A DNA stretch of 64,000 bases from Candidatus Bathyarchaeota archaeon (GCA_963715865.1 OY970280.1:1184001-1248000), one strand, 5' to 3'; positions 20,217 to 29,487 are shown, numbered from the stretch's first letter. Program-made: numbers and translations. Notes: generated from the letters alone by a model not told the origin.

Positions 20217-20354
20217 CTAACTTTTAAGAGGTTCCGAGTGCTCGCGTTGCCGCTTTTCTTCTTCAACTTCCTTTTCTAGTTCGTTAAGTTCAGCCTCGAA
20301 CTTTTTGCGCCCCGAGCCGTAATGGAAAACATGAGCGGTGGCGTATATCTTCAT
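20217..20354 (-). CDS. Short ORF, possibly a gene fragment
   Basis: Manual translation MKIYATAHVFHYGSGRKKFEAELNELEKEVEEEKRQREHSEPLKS*. Confidence 0.3.
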   Translation of the reverse strand: MKIYATAHVFHYGSGRKKFEAELNELEKEVEEEKRQREHSEPLKS

Positions 20355-20510
20355 GTAAGCGAAAATGGGGTTATAGATGTTCTTTCAGAAGATGAGCCGA
20401 TTAAGCATCCCGACATCACTATAGCGAGTATTTGATTGGCAAAGCAGCGTTAGGGTTTGGGTTTTACAAATGTGTGTTGCACAATAATGTAAAACAAAAA
20501 TAAACATTTA

Positions 20511-20687
20511 ATGTGCTGCAATTCAGCATCTTCGATTCAGAAATTTGAATTAGCGTCAGCCTCACATGTCACAAGAGCCATCAAAAGCATGCTGGAAGAC
20601 GAAACGCTTGAAAAGATAAACGGCACCTACGCGCTTACAGACATTCTCTTCAAAGAATGGATAAAACGACAAAGTAACAAGCCCTAA
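20511..20687 (+). pseudogene. C-terminal winged-helix fragment resembling archaeal ATPases
   Basis: Manual translation ...SASSIQKFELASASHVTRAIKSMLEDETLEKINGTYALTDILFKEWIKR..*; no N-terminal ATPase part upstream. Confidence 0.45.
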
Positions 20688-20813
20688 ATCCAAAGGAAGG
20701 AGAAAACTAACCAAGTTCGAAAACTCGAAAGCATGGAAGACATGCACGTCCTTGAAAACCCGCAAAAGTTACGAGAGGTTTTTCTAGAATGGCTAAAAAC
20801 TATAAAACCTTAA
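20688..20813 (+). pseudogene. afpA: Diverged duplicate of the afpA 3' end
   Basis: IQRKEKTNQVRKLESMEDMHVLENPQKLREVFLEWLKTIKP* versus AfpA VRKEEADQVRKLEKMEDVHVLESPQKMREAFWEWIKTIKS*. Confidence 0.85.
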
Positions 20814-20879
20814 AATCACTTTAAACTTTAGTGCTCCCAGCGAGTGCCTGCTGAACCTAATGGTGTTTTGACTCTCCTA

Positions 20880-20900
20880 TTCCGCCGAACACTAGTCTTT
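20880..20900. repeat. Dispersed repeat TTCCGCCGAACA(C/G)TAGT(C/A)TTT
   Basis: 19/21 identical to 25990-26010. Confidence 0.6.
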
Positions 20901-21311
20901 GCTTGAAGGCTCATTCCATGAAATGAAAGAAGACGCTAGGATAGTCAATTGGGAAAAAATAGTGCGGCTCCACCAACTAATGAAGGAAGCACACCAGATA
21001 AGGTCAGAAACCAGACTCTAGCGTCCTTTGTTTTTTTTATTTTCCTATTTTAGTAGATTCGGTTTTTTTATTCGAGTTCGCAGTGGTTCTTATTTTAACC
21101 AAGCATTCTTTGGCTTGATTTAGAAACATTACTGCTTCATCTTTTTGTTTCTTCTCTACGTACAAAATGCTATTTAGCCCAGGGTGAAGGAGTTCATTTC
21201 GATTCCCTGCCTGAATTGCCGTAGGGTGGAAGTTCAACCCCCAACTTCAAGACAATTAGCGCGTGCTAATCTTTTTATGAGTAAATTGTTAAGAGAGCGT
21301 TAGGGATTGGT

Positions 21312-21650
21312 TTGAGAAGGGAAGAAGCAATATCGGTCCTAAAGGAACTCCTTGATAACTGTACAGGTCTTGATGGGCATTATTTGGAATTAGCACCACC
21401 CAGCACTCCTACGTCAACTAACGAGGGGTATCAAATTATTATTAGAACCGCTCTTGATCAAGAAACAGAAAAATGCATACAGGACATACTGATAAAACAT
21501 AAACTTACCTATCAAATTGGAAGCATGTGGAAAACAAAGCGGTCAATAAATAAAACAGACCTGGATACATTCATAATCTACAAACCTATACCCAAGCCAA
21601 ATTTAAACCAAAAACATAACGAACGTCTTGGAAAACCTTCCTTTAATTAA
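21312..21650 (+). CDS. Hypothetical protein
   Basis: 112 aa, TTG start, amphipathic N-terminal 'RREEAISVLKELL'. Confidence 0.6.
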   Translation: MRREEAISVLKELLDNCTGLDGHYLELAPPSTPTSTNEGYQIIIRTALDQETEKCIQDILIKHKLTYQIGSMWKTKRSINKTDLDTFIIYKPIPKPNLNQKHNERLGKPSFN

Positions 21651-21660
21651 AAAAGGGAAA

Positions 21661-21678
21661 GCGGGTGAGATCTCCACC
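21661..21678. repeat. Copy of GCGGGWGASATCKCCA motif
   Basis: GCGGGTGAGATCTCCACC; related copies at 25963 and 26069. Confidence 0.5.
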
Positions 21679-21919
21679 TGGTCTGGGGTTCAAATCCACC
21701 CAACGCTAAAAATAAGCTTCTTGTATTCATCAAAACTTCGAGAAATGAACGGTATCATAAGCTTTGATTAAGGTTTGCTGAGGCCTTGGAACAAATTTAA
21801 GGAGAAAAGCAAACGCATATTCTTAACTATGACTGTTCAACCAGAGCCTTCTCAGCCCCTTTTCTCCATTGCTTTTTGAGACTAAAAAAGGGGAAAGTGA
21901 ATTTTTGTTTGTGCTATTT

Positions 21920-24496
21920 TTACGCGTGTTTCCTGAGTATAAGCAATCCGACTATGGCTATTGCAATGATTATAGCGATTACTGAAGCGACCATGTACGT
22001 CATTAGGTCTGTTGTTGTTGCTAGGTTTGCTTGAGGTACAACGGTTGGTGCTGCTGTTGGTGCTGGGTCAACTGCGAAGCTGGTTTCCGCATACGAGCCA
22101 TAATAAGCTTTGGAGCCGCCGAACGTAGTGTATACAGTATACTTGCCTGAGATGTCAGGGGACCATTGGAAACTGTAGAAGCCGTCTGCATCGCTTGTGG
22201 TATTGCCGATTTGCCTGTAGTTGCCGTTTGAATCTAGAACGTAGATTGAAACAGGAACACCTGTTGCGTTCGCCGGACGCTCGAACTGCTTGTAAACGTA
22301 CAGCATCCAGTCGCTCATGCCCTCGTCAGATACCGCTGGAACACCATTCGGGAATCGGGCTGTCAAAGCGTATTTCTCTGTGCCGGGTGATATGTCAGTC
22401 ACGTAGCCTTCTACCAATACGCTGCTAGAGAGCGTGGTAACTTTTGGTGATGCAGTGACTGTTGTTTCACTTGGACCTTTTCCGATGGCGTATACACGTT
22501 GGTCATAGGTGTCCATGGTGGCGATTATGCTGTCACCGATGATTCCGTTGCCACCCCATCGGGTTTCACGGAACATGCCGTTTACTCTCCAAATAACGTC
22601 TCCTGTCGTTGCGTTAAGGCAGATATATGGTCCACCGCGTGGTATTGGTTGCTCGGCTGAGTGTTCTAATGTGCCGACATAGACTTTTCCATCAACAATC
22701 AGATCTATCCAGCCCCACCAGTTATTGCCAGTTACAGGTTCGTTGTATGGGTCTGACATTGTATAATTCCACGTTGTTTTCCCTGTCGCGAGGTCATAAG
22801 CATAGACTATACCGCCGATGCCAGTTGAATAGAGCTTTCCGTAGGCGAAGTACCAAGTGTGCTCTGCATTACCCCATCCGTAAGCATCTTGCCAAGCTTC
22901 AGGAGCAGTTTGCCACAGATAGTCTCCGGTTTCTGTACTAAACGCATAGTGTGTCCTTAGTTCTTTGTCCCATAATGCAATGACGCCGTTTTTAACTTCG
23001 CTAGTTGCACCGACATAGTTTAGAGTATTAGAGCCAGCTAGCCATTCGGCTGGTGCTGACCAAGTTTTGTCGAATAGCAATTGTCCTCTCGTTCCTAGTG
23101 CTGTACTTACCGCCCATACTCTTACCTGTGTTTGGTTGAAGGCCATAGACATTACTCTGTCCGGATAAACCTTCAATATTGGTGCAAAGAATGAAGTGCT
23201 GACTGTTAATCCTGCGGGGATTGATACGTTCCATGTGTAGCATCTTGGGTTTGCTCCATCCAATCCTGGTCCCAATGCGTTTCCATGAGCTGAGTTGCCC
23301 CAACTGCCATAGTCGGGAGTGCCAATAACTGCGTTCTGTAGTCCGCAATCGGTTGAGTTCCAAAGAGCCATCCATTTATTAGCGTAGTCTATTTGGTAAA
23401 TGAGGATTTCGCCGCTTGGACCGTATGCTCTAACGCCTGAAGGTACGTTTTTGATCCGCATCTGCTGGTTGCCAGTGAAGGGGTCGTATGCAATATAAGT
23501 ATTATTACTGGTAAAATCTGGATTGGTCGTGGTCTTTACTTCCCAGATGTAGGTGAATACGCCGTCAAAGTTGTAGCTGTTGAAATAAAAGACCTCTCCA
23601 AATGATAGTACAGTATTGTTTCTAAACATCCATTCTTCTCCAGTGTGCAAGTCTACTGCTATGATTGCTGGCGCCATTTCTGCTCTAGTATCTGTTCTTT
23701 GGTAGTAGAGGATTCCGTTCAATATTATTGAACCAGGGAATTTACCTTCGTATGCGTCGCCTGATTCAGAGGCTGCTGGAACTTGTCCGTCGCCCCACAG
23801 GCCACCGGTTAAGCCTCCAGTAGTCATATCGTTTGCCCATAGTACGTGAGCAGTTTCTGGTGCATCGTCGTTGTAGAGTCCATCAGTTACCCAATAATTA
23901 TTGTTAGCGTCGGGTATACCAACCCAGTTTCCTGAGATTGAATACCATTCTCTGAGCTGTGAATCTATAGGGCGAGTCCAGTATTCTGTTGGAAGTGGTT
24001 CGCCTGGTCGGATTGCGCGTGGTTCTGATGTTACAGTAAGGCTGAATGCGTCGCTAGTGCTTGCCTGCAATACGGTACCTTCCAAAATCAAGACGTTTGC
24101 TTCATAGCTGAAGAAGGTTGTTGGAACTGTTTGTTCAGGGAAGTTTGTCGTAAATTTGTATGTGCCAACTTGGGTGGGAGTGTATGATGTAATGGATGAG
24201 CCTGTTGAGTCTGTCGTGAATGGTCCTAGAGTTTCGGTTGTGTTGTCAGGTTTAACTACTGTTACTGTCACACCTGTCCAACCTTGCAGTACGGCGCCTG
24301 CCTGCTGCAAAATTCCGAATCGTACCAACACTGACTGTCCGACGCCTGTTGGATTGGGTAAAACATCGATGAGGGGATAGGTTTTCACTGAGAGTGCTGC
24401 TGTTTGTGCCTTAACGGGTACGGTAAAAGCGATAATTGGTAGAGCCATTAGTGCAATAATTAGAATAGCCGCTATTGTAGTCTTATTTTTAGTCAT
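21920..24496 (-). CDS. Secreted, C-terminally anchored PQQ-like beta-propeller surface protein
   Basis: Signal peptide; Trp-ended propeller repeats ('YAYDLATGKTTWNY', 'CLNATTGDVIW'); Ig-like C-terminal part; TM anchor with 'RKHA' tail; ATG 24496 after GGAGAG. Confidence 0.85.
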   Translation of the reverse strand: MTKNKTTIAAILIIALMALPIIAFTVPVKAQTAALSVKTYPLIDVLPNPTGVGQSVLVRFGILQQAGAVLQGWTGVTVTVVKPDNTTETLGPFTTDSTGSSITSYTPTQVGTYKFTTNFPEQTVPTTFFSYEANVLILEGTVLQASTSDAFSLTVTSEPRAIRPGEPLPTEYWTRPIDSQLREWYSISGNWVGIPDANNNYWVTDGLYNDDAPETAHVLWANDMTTGGLTGGLWGDGQVPAASESGDAYEGKFPGSIILNGILYYQRTDTRAEMAPAIIAVDLHTGEEWMFRNNTVLSFGEVFYFNSYNFDGVFTYIWEVKTTTNPDFTSNNTYIAYDPFTGNQQMRIKNVPSGVRAYGPSGEILIYQIDYANKWMALWNSTDCGLQNAVIGTPDYGSWGNSAHGNALGPGLDGANPRCYTWNVSIPAGLTVSTSFFAPILKVYPDRVMSMAFNQTQVRVWAVSTALGTRGQLLFDKTWSAPAEWLAGSNTLNYVGATSEVKNGVIALWDKELRTHYAFSTETGDYLWQTAPEAWQDAYGWGNAEHTWYFAYGKLYSTGIGGIVYAYDLATGKTTWNYTMSDPYNEPVTGNNWWGWIDLIVDGKVYVGTLEHSAEQPIPRGGPYICLNATTGDVIWRVNGMFRETRWGGNGIIGDSIIATMDTYDQRVYAIGKGPSETTVTASPKVTTLSSSVLVEGYVTDISPGTEKYALTARFPNGVPAVSDEGMSDWMLYVYKQFERPANATGVPVSIYVLDSNGNYRQIGNTTSDADGFYSFQWSPDISGKYTVYTTFGGSKAYYGSYAETSFAVDPAPTAAPTVVPQANLATTTDLMTYMVASVIAIIIAIAIVGLLILRKHA

Positions 24497-24553
24497 TTTC
24501 CTCTCTCCTAAATTATAACACATTTTTCAATGTGCGATTCAATTAAGAGATGC

Positions 24554-24588
24554 GAATAATATTTATTCTGAACTCACGATACGTGAGT
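24554..24588. promoter_or_regulatory. Two adjacent palindromes in a divergent promoter region
   Basis: GAATAA-TAT-TTATTC (24554-24568) and ACTCACG-ATA-CGTGAGT (24572-24588). Confidence 0.5.
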
Positions 24589-24631
24589 GTCTAATGAAAG
24601 AAAGATAAAGAATTGAAACGGAGATAAACGC

Positions 24632-25297
24632 ATGGACAATACTGCTTTGATCATAGTTGAAGTTGTTTCGGCAATAGTCTGCTTCGTTCTAGTGTGGTTT
24701 ATGGTAAAACCCTACCGCACAACAGGGGAGAGTCGATACCTTGGTTTGCCACTGGGATTTGCTTTTTTGGGCGTATCATACGTCCTAATGGGCACCGCAT
24801 ATTTTGAGTCGTTTCGCTTTGTCCAAGAAACTAAATGGCTACAGCTTTTCACACAAACCTATGCATTCACCTTTCTCGCCGCAACATACTTTTTTTCGAA
24901 GAAGCCTACCAAACATTCACGTTTGTGGTTGGATCTTACTTACGCAGTGTTAGTTTTGGTTGCCATCATTTCATATTTGGCTGCTGTCGAACCATTAATT
25001 TTCGGGTTGCCCAGCTACAAAAGAGCAAACGAATACTTACTGCTCTTCAACATCATTTGCCTCGCATACATCTCTATCCACACATTAAGAAGTCATGCGT
25101 CAAAGCCTGATCCTAAAACAATTTGGACTCCTCTCAGCTATATTTTGCTTAGTTTCGGTCAGTACTCTCTATTTATTTGGTCTGTTGATTCAAGCTTCGC
25201 GGCATACGTTGGCGCGCAATTCCTCAGATTGTCAGGATTGCTGATTTTGCTATTTGTGACCTACCAAGCTTTTCACGCTCTGCATGAAACGCCCTAA
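24632..25297 (+). CDS. About 7-TM membrane protein with no cytoplasmic output domain
   Basis: 221 aa, almost entirely hydrophobic helices; overlaps the downstream wHTH ORF. Confidence 0.75.
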   Translation: MDNTALIIVEVVSAIVCFVLVWFMVKPYRTTGESRYLGLPLGFAFLGVSYVLMGTAYFESFRFVQETKWLQLFTQTYAFTFLAATYFFSKKPTKHSRLWLDLTYAVLVLVAIISYLAAVEPLIFGLPSYKRANEYLLLFNIICLAYISIHTLRSHASKPDPKTIWTPLSYILLSFGQYSLFIWSVDSSFAAYVGAQFLRLSGLLILLFVTYQAFHALHETP

Positions 25298-25589
25298 AAA
25301 GAAGGTATCCATAATGAGGAAGCTTCAGCGTAGAGACAGATTAAAGATTTATGGGGACTTGCTTTTTATTCTAAACAGTGAATCGAAGAAAGAGAAAGTT
25401 GTTCTAACTCATGTTCAGCTAAAAATAAACGTTCCTTTTGACCGTCTGAAAACCTACATCGATGAACTCAGAGAACTAGGCTTGATTTTGGAAAATCCCT
25501 CATTAAAGTTGACAGAAAAGGGTAAACTGTACCTAAGAGAGTACGAGATGGTTCTTGATTTTGTGAAGCGCATGGGTTTAACTTATTAA
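25284..25589 (+). CDS. Winged helix-turn-helix transcriptional regulator
   Basis: 'RRDRLKIYGDLL', 'YIDELRELGLI', 'LTEKGKLYL'; alternative start at 25314. Confidence 0.8.
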   Translation: MKRPKKKVSIMRKLQRRDRLKIYGDLLFILNSESKKEKVVLTHVQLKINVPFDRLKTYIDELRELGLILENPSLKLTEKGKLYLREYEMVLDFVKRMGLTY

Positions 25590-25962
25590 TGGGACAATAT
25601 TGGCTTAGCGCGCGCGATCAAAAAAATAGAAATAATTTGAATTAATTAACTCCGAATAATTTAAGAAAATGGACGAAAACAAAGAGTACGCTTTTTAGGA
25701 AAAGATGTAGACTCCAACCTTTGGGAACAAAAACAGGCGAAGCGACAAAAACAAAAAGACCCTGGTGAAAATAGCGAAATTGGCAGGCACTTGCTGTTTG
25801 ACAATATTTGATTTTTTCCTGTTCTGGTCTACAGTCACGTTTGGTGATGCTCAATGGCCCATTTTAGTGGAAGCAATCTGGTGGAAGCGTTCGCGCTTCA
25901 AATGCAAGATTTTCTGAAAAACTAGAGACCACACTTTATTCTAGAAAAAGAGGGAAGAGGAC

Positions 25963-26010
25963 GCGGGAGACATCGCCACTTAGGGTATGTTCCGCCGAAC
26001 AGTAGTATTT
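25963..26010. repeat. Composite dispersed element (GCGGGAGACATCGCCA + TTCCGCCGAAC motif)
   Basis: First part matches 21661 and 26069; second part matches 20880. Confidence 0.55.
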
Positions 26011-26068
26011 TTGGAAGAATCACTGAAAAACAAGAAAATAATCTGACAAAAGAAAAAGGGTAAAGATT

Positions 26069-26086
26069 GCGGGAGACATCTCCATC
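26069..26086. repeat. Copy of GCGGGAGACATCTCCA motif
   Basis: Contains the palindrome GGAGA-CA-TCTCC. Confidence 0.55.
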
Positions 26087-26212
26087 TAACCCTAAATTCA
26101 AAAGAACTATTTTTGCCTCCGGTAAATAGAGTGGATACTATGCTTTCTTTTAGTTAGAAAGCTTTTTGTGTGTTCTAAAGGTTAATATTGTCTTTGTCCT
26201 TAGGGTGGAAGT

Positions 26213-26701
26213 ATGTCTTTTCATGTTCGACGTAAAGACCGAGAAATAACAGACCCCGACGAGTTGCGGCAGGTGCTAAAGGCTACTAAGTATGTTACTG
26301 TTGCCCTCTGCATGGAGGATGAGCCTTACCTTGTTTCGCTCAGCCATGGTTATGATGAAGCTAAGAACTGCCTGTATTTTCACTGTGCGCCTGAGGGCAA
26401 AAAACTCGTTTACCAAAAAGCGAACAGTAAGGTGTGGGGGCAGGCAGTGCTGGATTTCGGCGTTACCGACGAGTGCGACTACGCTTACACTTCTGTCCAT
26501 TTCTCAGGCAAAATGCACCTAATCAGCGATTTAAGCGAGAAGCAGCATGCAATAGAAGTGCTGGTGCGGCAGGTTTCACTTAACCCCGAGGCGAAACTCT
26601 CGAAGATTAAGCCTGAAAAACTCAGTAAAACAACGATGGGCAGAATCGACATCGATTACATGACAGGGAAAAAGCATCAAAGCCCAAAAAGCAAAAACTA
26701 A
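26213..26701 (+). CDS. Pyridoxamine 5'-phosphate oxidase-like FMN-binding protein (NimA-like)
   Basis: 'VRRKDREI', 'PYLVSLSHGY', 'LYFHCAPEGKK', 'YTSVHFSG'. Confidence 0.85.
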   Translation: MSFHVRRKDREITDPDELRQVLKATKYVTVALCMEDEPYLVSLSHGYDEAKNCLYFHCAPEGKKLVYQKANSKVWGQAVLDFGVTDECDYAYTSVHFSGKMHLISDLSEKQHAIEVLVRQVSLNPEAKLSKIKPEKLSKTTMGRIDIDYMTGKKHQSPKSKN

Positions 26702-26732
26702 TTTCGGCTACTTTATGAGTTTAATTGACGCC

Positions 26733-26993
26733 CTATTGTCTATTGCCAATTTTCCTTTCAAGTCGAGTTTCGTCATGTTTTCGCTCCGTTTGCAACTCTT
26801 CAAGCGCTTCTTTAGCTCCGATTATTGGTTTACACGCTTCTTCAAGCAACTGAACGTTTTTTTCTCGCTGATCAATTAAGAAACTTAAAGCTTCGTTAAG
26901 ATCCACTCGACGGCCTAGCTTAAGTTGAAGTTCAGAAGCTATCTTCCGCAACTTTTGTTTCACGTCTTCGGTAACTGATATAGTTGTTGTCAT
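26733..26993 (-). CDS. Putative VapB-like antitoxin (RHH-type)
   Basis: 'MTTTISVTEDVKQKL', 'DLNEALSFL', C-terminal 'ALEELQTERKHDE'; followed only by a 13-codon toxin-like stub. Confidence 0.55.
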   Translation of the reverse strand: MTTTISVTEDVKQKLRKIASELQLKLGRRVDLNEALSFLIDQREKNVQLLEEACKPIIGAKEALEELQTERKHDETRLERKIGNRQ

Positions 26994-27083
26994 AAACACT
27001 GACAAATATAATTACTATAACATATTATAGTTTTTCAATGCAGTTGCTAGAAATAAAACAAGAGACATTTGTTGGTTAAGCTC

Positions 27084-28979
27084 TTAAGTGCCACTCTGAG
27101 CCATGTCAACTTGGTATATTCTTAAGTTTTGGTCGGTGTAAACTGGCTTCAACCAGCCTATGCTATCAAAATGCGCTGTGCAATTTGGGTAATTGCTTAG
27201 CTCGTCATAGCCCACGTACACGTATGAGACATTGTACGTAGTAACAACCTGCTTTAAGTCAGTTGCATTGCCAGTGTACGCTCTATCGATATCGCTTTCT
27301 CTCTTCAAAATATTATCAAGCGGTACTCCCCACCCATAGGGCCAATTCACGTAAGATGAAACGGTCAGCCTTCCGCCGATAAACGCTGGCGGGCACTGAA
27401 TAGAATAATACGTTAAAAAGACAGAACGCTCAGGCGTATTGTTCCGCACCCAAAGCCCAAGCTGATACTCATTCCAGTTTGCAGCTGTATAGTTTGTTCC
27501 AACATTGTAGATGATGACGCTTGCTGAAGTCAGAATCGAAAGCAAAACCAACGTTACAATGACGATTTTTCTTGTTTTAGCTAAAACAACGCCACTTAGC
27601 ACTGCTATTGGAATCCAAGCGAAAATGAAGAACTTGTACATGTCCCATGGCCAAGGTGTTAATAGAAGAATGTTTGGAAGTAGGAATAGTAAGAGGAAGG
27701 TTCCTTTCAGAAGTTCATTTCCAGCCCTCGCAAAAGAAACAATAGCTATCACAAACGGGATGCCGAGATTCAAAAAGTAATAAACAAACGGGTTCTGCGC
27801 AAAATTAGCAATCCAAACAGTGCTTAACGCAAATGTCAGTGGAGGCCCGTTATGAATAATAAACGGCAATGCCAAAACGCTTGGCGCCAAAAAGTACAGG
27901 TAACTAATATTGAAGCGTTTAAAGTTAAACAGAACGGCGACAACGAAGGCGACATAGCAACAGAAGAATGCCACATTATGGAACTGGAACACTAAACCAG
28001 TGATGACGCCAGCTAAAAGTATTCTTTTTTTGTCATCCATGTCACGGAGCAAAGCCAAAACCAACGCGAAAGCGGGCAAACCAATCAACAGCGGTCTCTG
28101 CTGCAGCAAATTATCAAAAATCGACGGCAAACCAAACGTTTGGCCATACTGGTAAATATAATTTTGCGACGCACTAAACGACCCGCCAATCAATGCTGAA
28201 AAAAGCCCAAAGTAACTCAAACCCCAACCGAACGTAGCTATAACGGTTGCAATGATTGCGGCGCGTCTTCCATTCGGTCTTGCCAAAGCGTAAATTGCGA
28301 GTGCGAAGACAAGGATGAAAACAGCGTTTAAAACAGGCAAAAGCGTCGGCAAATAGCCGTAGACTTTCTCGATTATGGCTGTGTGAAAATCAACAAAGTA
28401 ATGATAAGTCAGTGGCGTCCCTGCATAATTGGGCATTTGCGGCGGGAAGTTACCGTTGTTTATGCTTTCAATTATCTCATAATGCAAGGGCGTATCTTGC
28501 CAGTTTGAACCCGTCAAAACTATTCCAAACTGGTTTCCAAACCACACACTCCTGCACAAAACAACAAGGGAAATGAGGAAAATTACAGCGAAAACCAAAA
28601 TGCTTGTTTTCTTAACCTGCCCAAGCCTGAGAAATTTTGGGGGCTTTAATGGTTCGCCTTTCTTGTAAACTACCAGTGTGTAGATTGCCGTTAAAGCGAG
28701 AAAGCTGAAGAGTATTGTTTCCCGTGAGTAGCCAAACGCCAACGATAGGTAATAGATTAATTGGACGGAGAATAAAACGCTGAAAACAGGCACAAAAGCC
28801 CATACTTCATGAGATTTTAACGAGAAAAACCGGTAGAAAATCAAGCCAGGAACCAAAAACGTGAAGACCAACGCGGTAAAAAGAGCAATGTAACCTGAGG
28901 CAAACGACGCTAAAGCCAGCAGCAACAGCAAGATGGAGAGCCAGTATTTTTGCAGAACCGCTGAGTACGCAGTGTTCAT
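27084..28979 (-). CDS. Large polytopic GT-C-fold glycosyltransferase-like protein
   Basis: 631 aa, many TM helices, 'WQDTPLH', 'FPPQMP.YAG.PL.YHYF', extracellular C-terminal domain 'YNVSYVYVG'. Confidence 0.7.
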   Translation of the reverse strand: MNTAYSAVLQKYWLSILLLLLALASFASGYIALFTALVFTFLVPGLIFYRFFSLKSHEVWAFVPVFSVLFSVQLIYYLSLAFGYSRETILFSFLALTAIYTLVVYKKGEPLKPPKFLRLGQVKKTSILVFAVIFLISLVVLCRSVWFGNQFGIVLTGSNWQDTPLHYEIIESINNGNFPPQMPNYAGTPLTYHYFVDFHTAIIEKVYGYLPTLLPVLNAVFILVFALAIYALARPNGRRAAIIATVIATFGWGLSYFGLFSALIGGSFSASQNYIYQYGQTFGLPSIFDNLLQQRPLLIGLPAFALVLALLRDMDDKKRILLAGVITGLVFQFHNVAFFCCYVAFVVAVLFNFKRFNISYLYFLAPSVLALPFIIHNGPPLTFALSTVWIANFAQNPFVYYFLNLGIPFVIAIVSFARAGNELLKGTFLLLFLLPNILLLTPWPWDMYKFFIFAWIPIAVLSGVVLAKTRKIVIVTLVLLSILTSASVIIYNVGTNYTAANWNEYQLGLWVRNNTPERSVFLTYYSIQCPPAFIGGRLTVSSYVNWPYGWGVPLDNILKRESDIDRAYTGNATDLKQVVTTYNVSYVYVGYDELSNYPNCTAHFDSIGWLKPVYTDQNLRIYQVDMAQSGT

Positions 28980-29163
28980 AATGATTTTTCGCCCACCTAA
29001 AGGATTAATTGTGTGTAAATATTTCGATAAAGTATTAAAATTGTCGCTTAATCACGTTTTAAAAACAGCAAGCAGTAAGAGACCGGTTTTCTAACAAACC
29101 GTTCAATGCCGATTGCAAGAAAAGTTAATTAGCTAAAGCAATTAGTATTCTTGCGGCGCTTAA

Positions 29164-29270
29164 GCCCAGGTAGTATAGTCCGGTCTCAGCACGAATTCTT
29201 TCATGTTGCCGGAATAGTATATGCGGCTGTCGCCCGTAGGACCCGGGTCCGAATCCCGGCCTGGGCGCCA
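29164..29270 (+). tRNA. tRNA-Asp(GTC) with a 29-nt intron in the D loop (29186-29214, position 20a/20b)
   Basis: Acceptor GCCCAGG/CCTGGGC, anticodon arm TGCGG-CTGTCGC-CCGTA, T arm CCGGG-TCCGAAT-CCCGG, encoded CCA; BHB-like motif CCGG/CCGG with TCT and AAT bulges. Confidence 0.92.
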
Positions 29271-29321
29271 CTATTCCACCTCAAGAACTCTTAACAAATA
29301 AAGAAGAAATTGAATAGTTAT

Positions 29322-29487
29322 ATCCCATAAACGCGAGAAAAATAAACGTGAAGCCTCATCAAAAAATCGTTAAGATTGAAAAAGACGGCGTTATTCACTG
29401 ATTCCTCAAAAACCGATAAGAGAAATGAGAGGATTCATAAAAGGAATGGACACAAGTCAACTTAGAGACGAACAGGACCGTTGGTAA
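29322..29487 (+). pseudogene. Frameshifted AbrB/VapB-type antitoxin remnant
   Basis: Reconstructed ...KPHQKIVKIEKDGVIH(L)IPQKPIREMRGFIKGMDTSQLRDEQDRW*, needing one inserted base at about 29398; 5' part degenerate. Confidence 0.65.

Noticed and set aside
21037-21237. 66-aa ORF with a TPR-like helix
   Set aside because: Weak similarity only, low-complexity ends and no supporting context.
21684-21707. GGGGTTCAAATCCACCCAACG resembles a tRNA T arm
   Set aside because: The T stem is imperfect and no acceptor, D or anticodon arms can be built.
25669-25917. ORF-like stretch with two in-frame TAG codons (pyrrolysine readthrough?)
   Set aside because: No recognisable protein, no pyl genes in the window; more likely a decayed or random sequence.
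25963-26086. Minus-strand GGCGATG/GGAGATG resembles the fluoride riboswitch 5' end
   Set aside because: It lacks the pseudoknot loop and downstream conserved segment, and no crcB-like gene follows.
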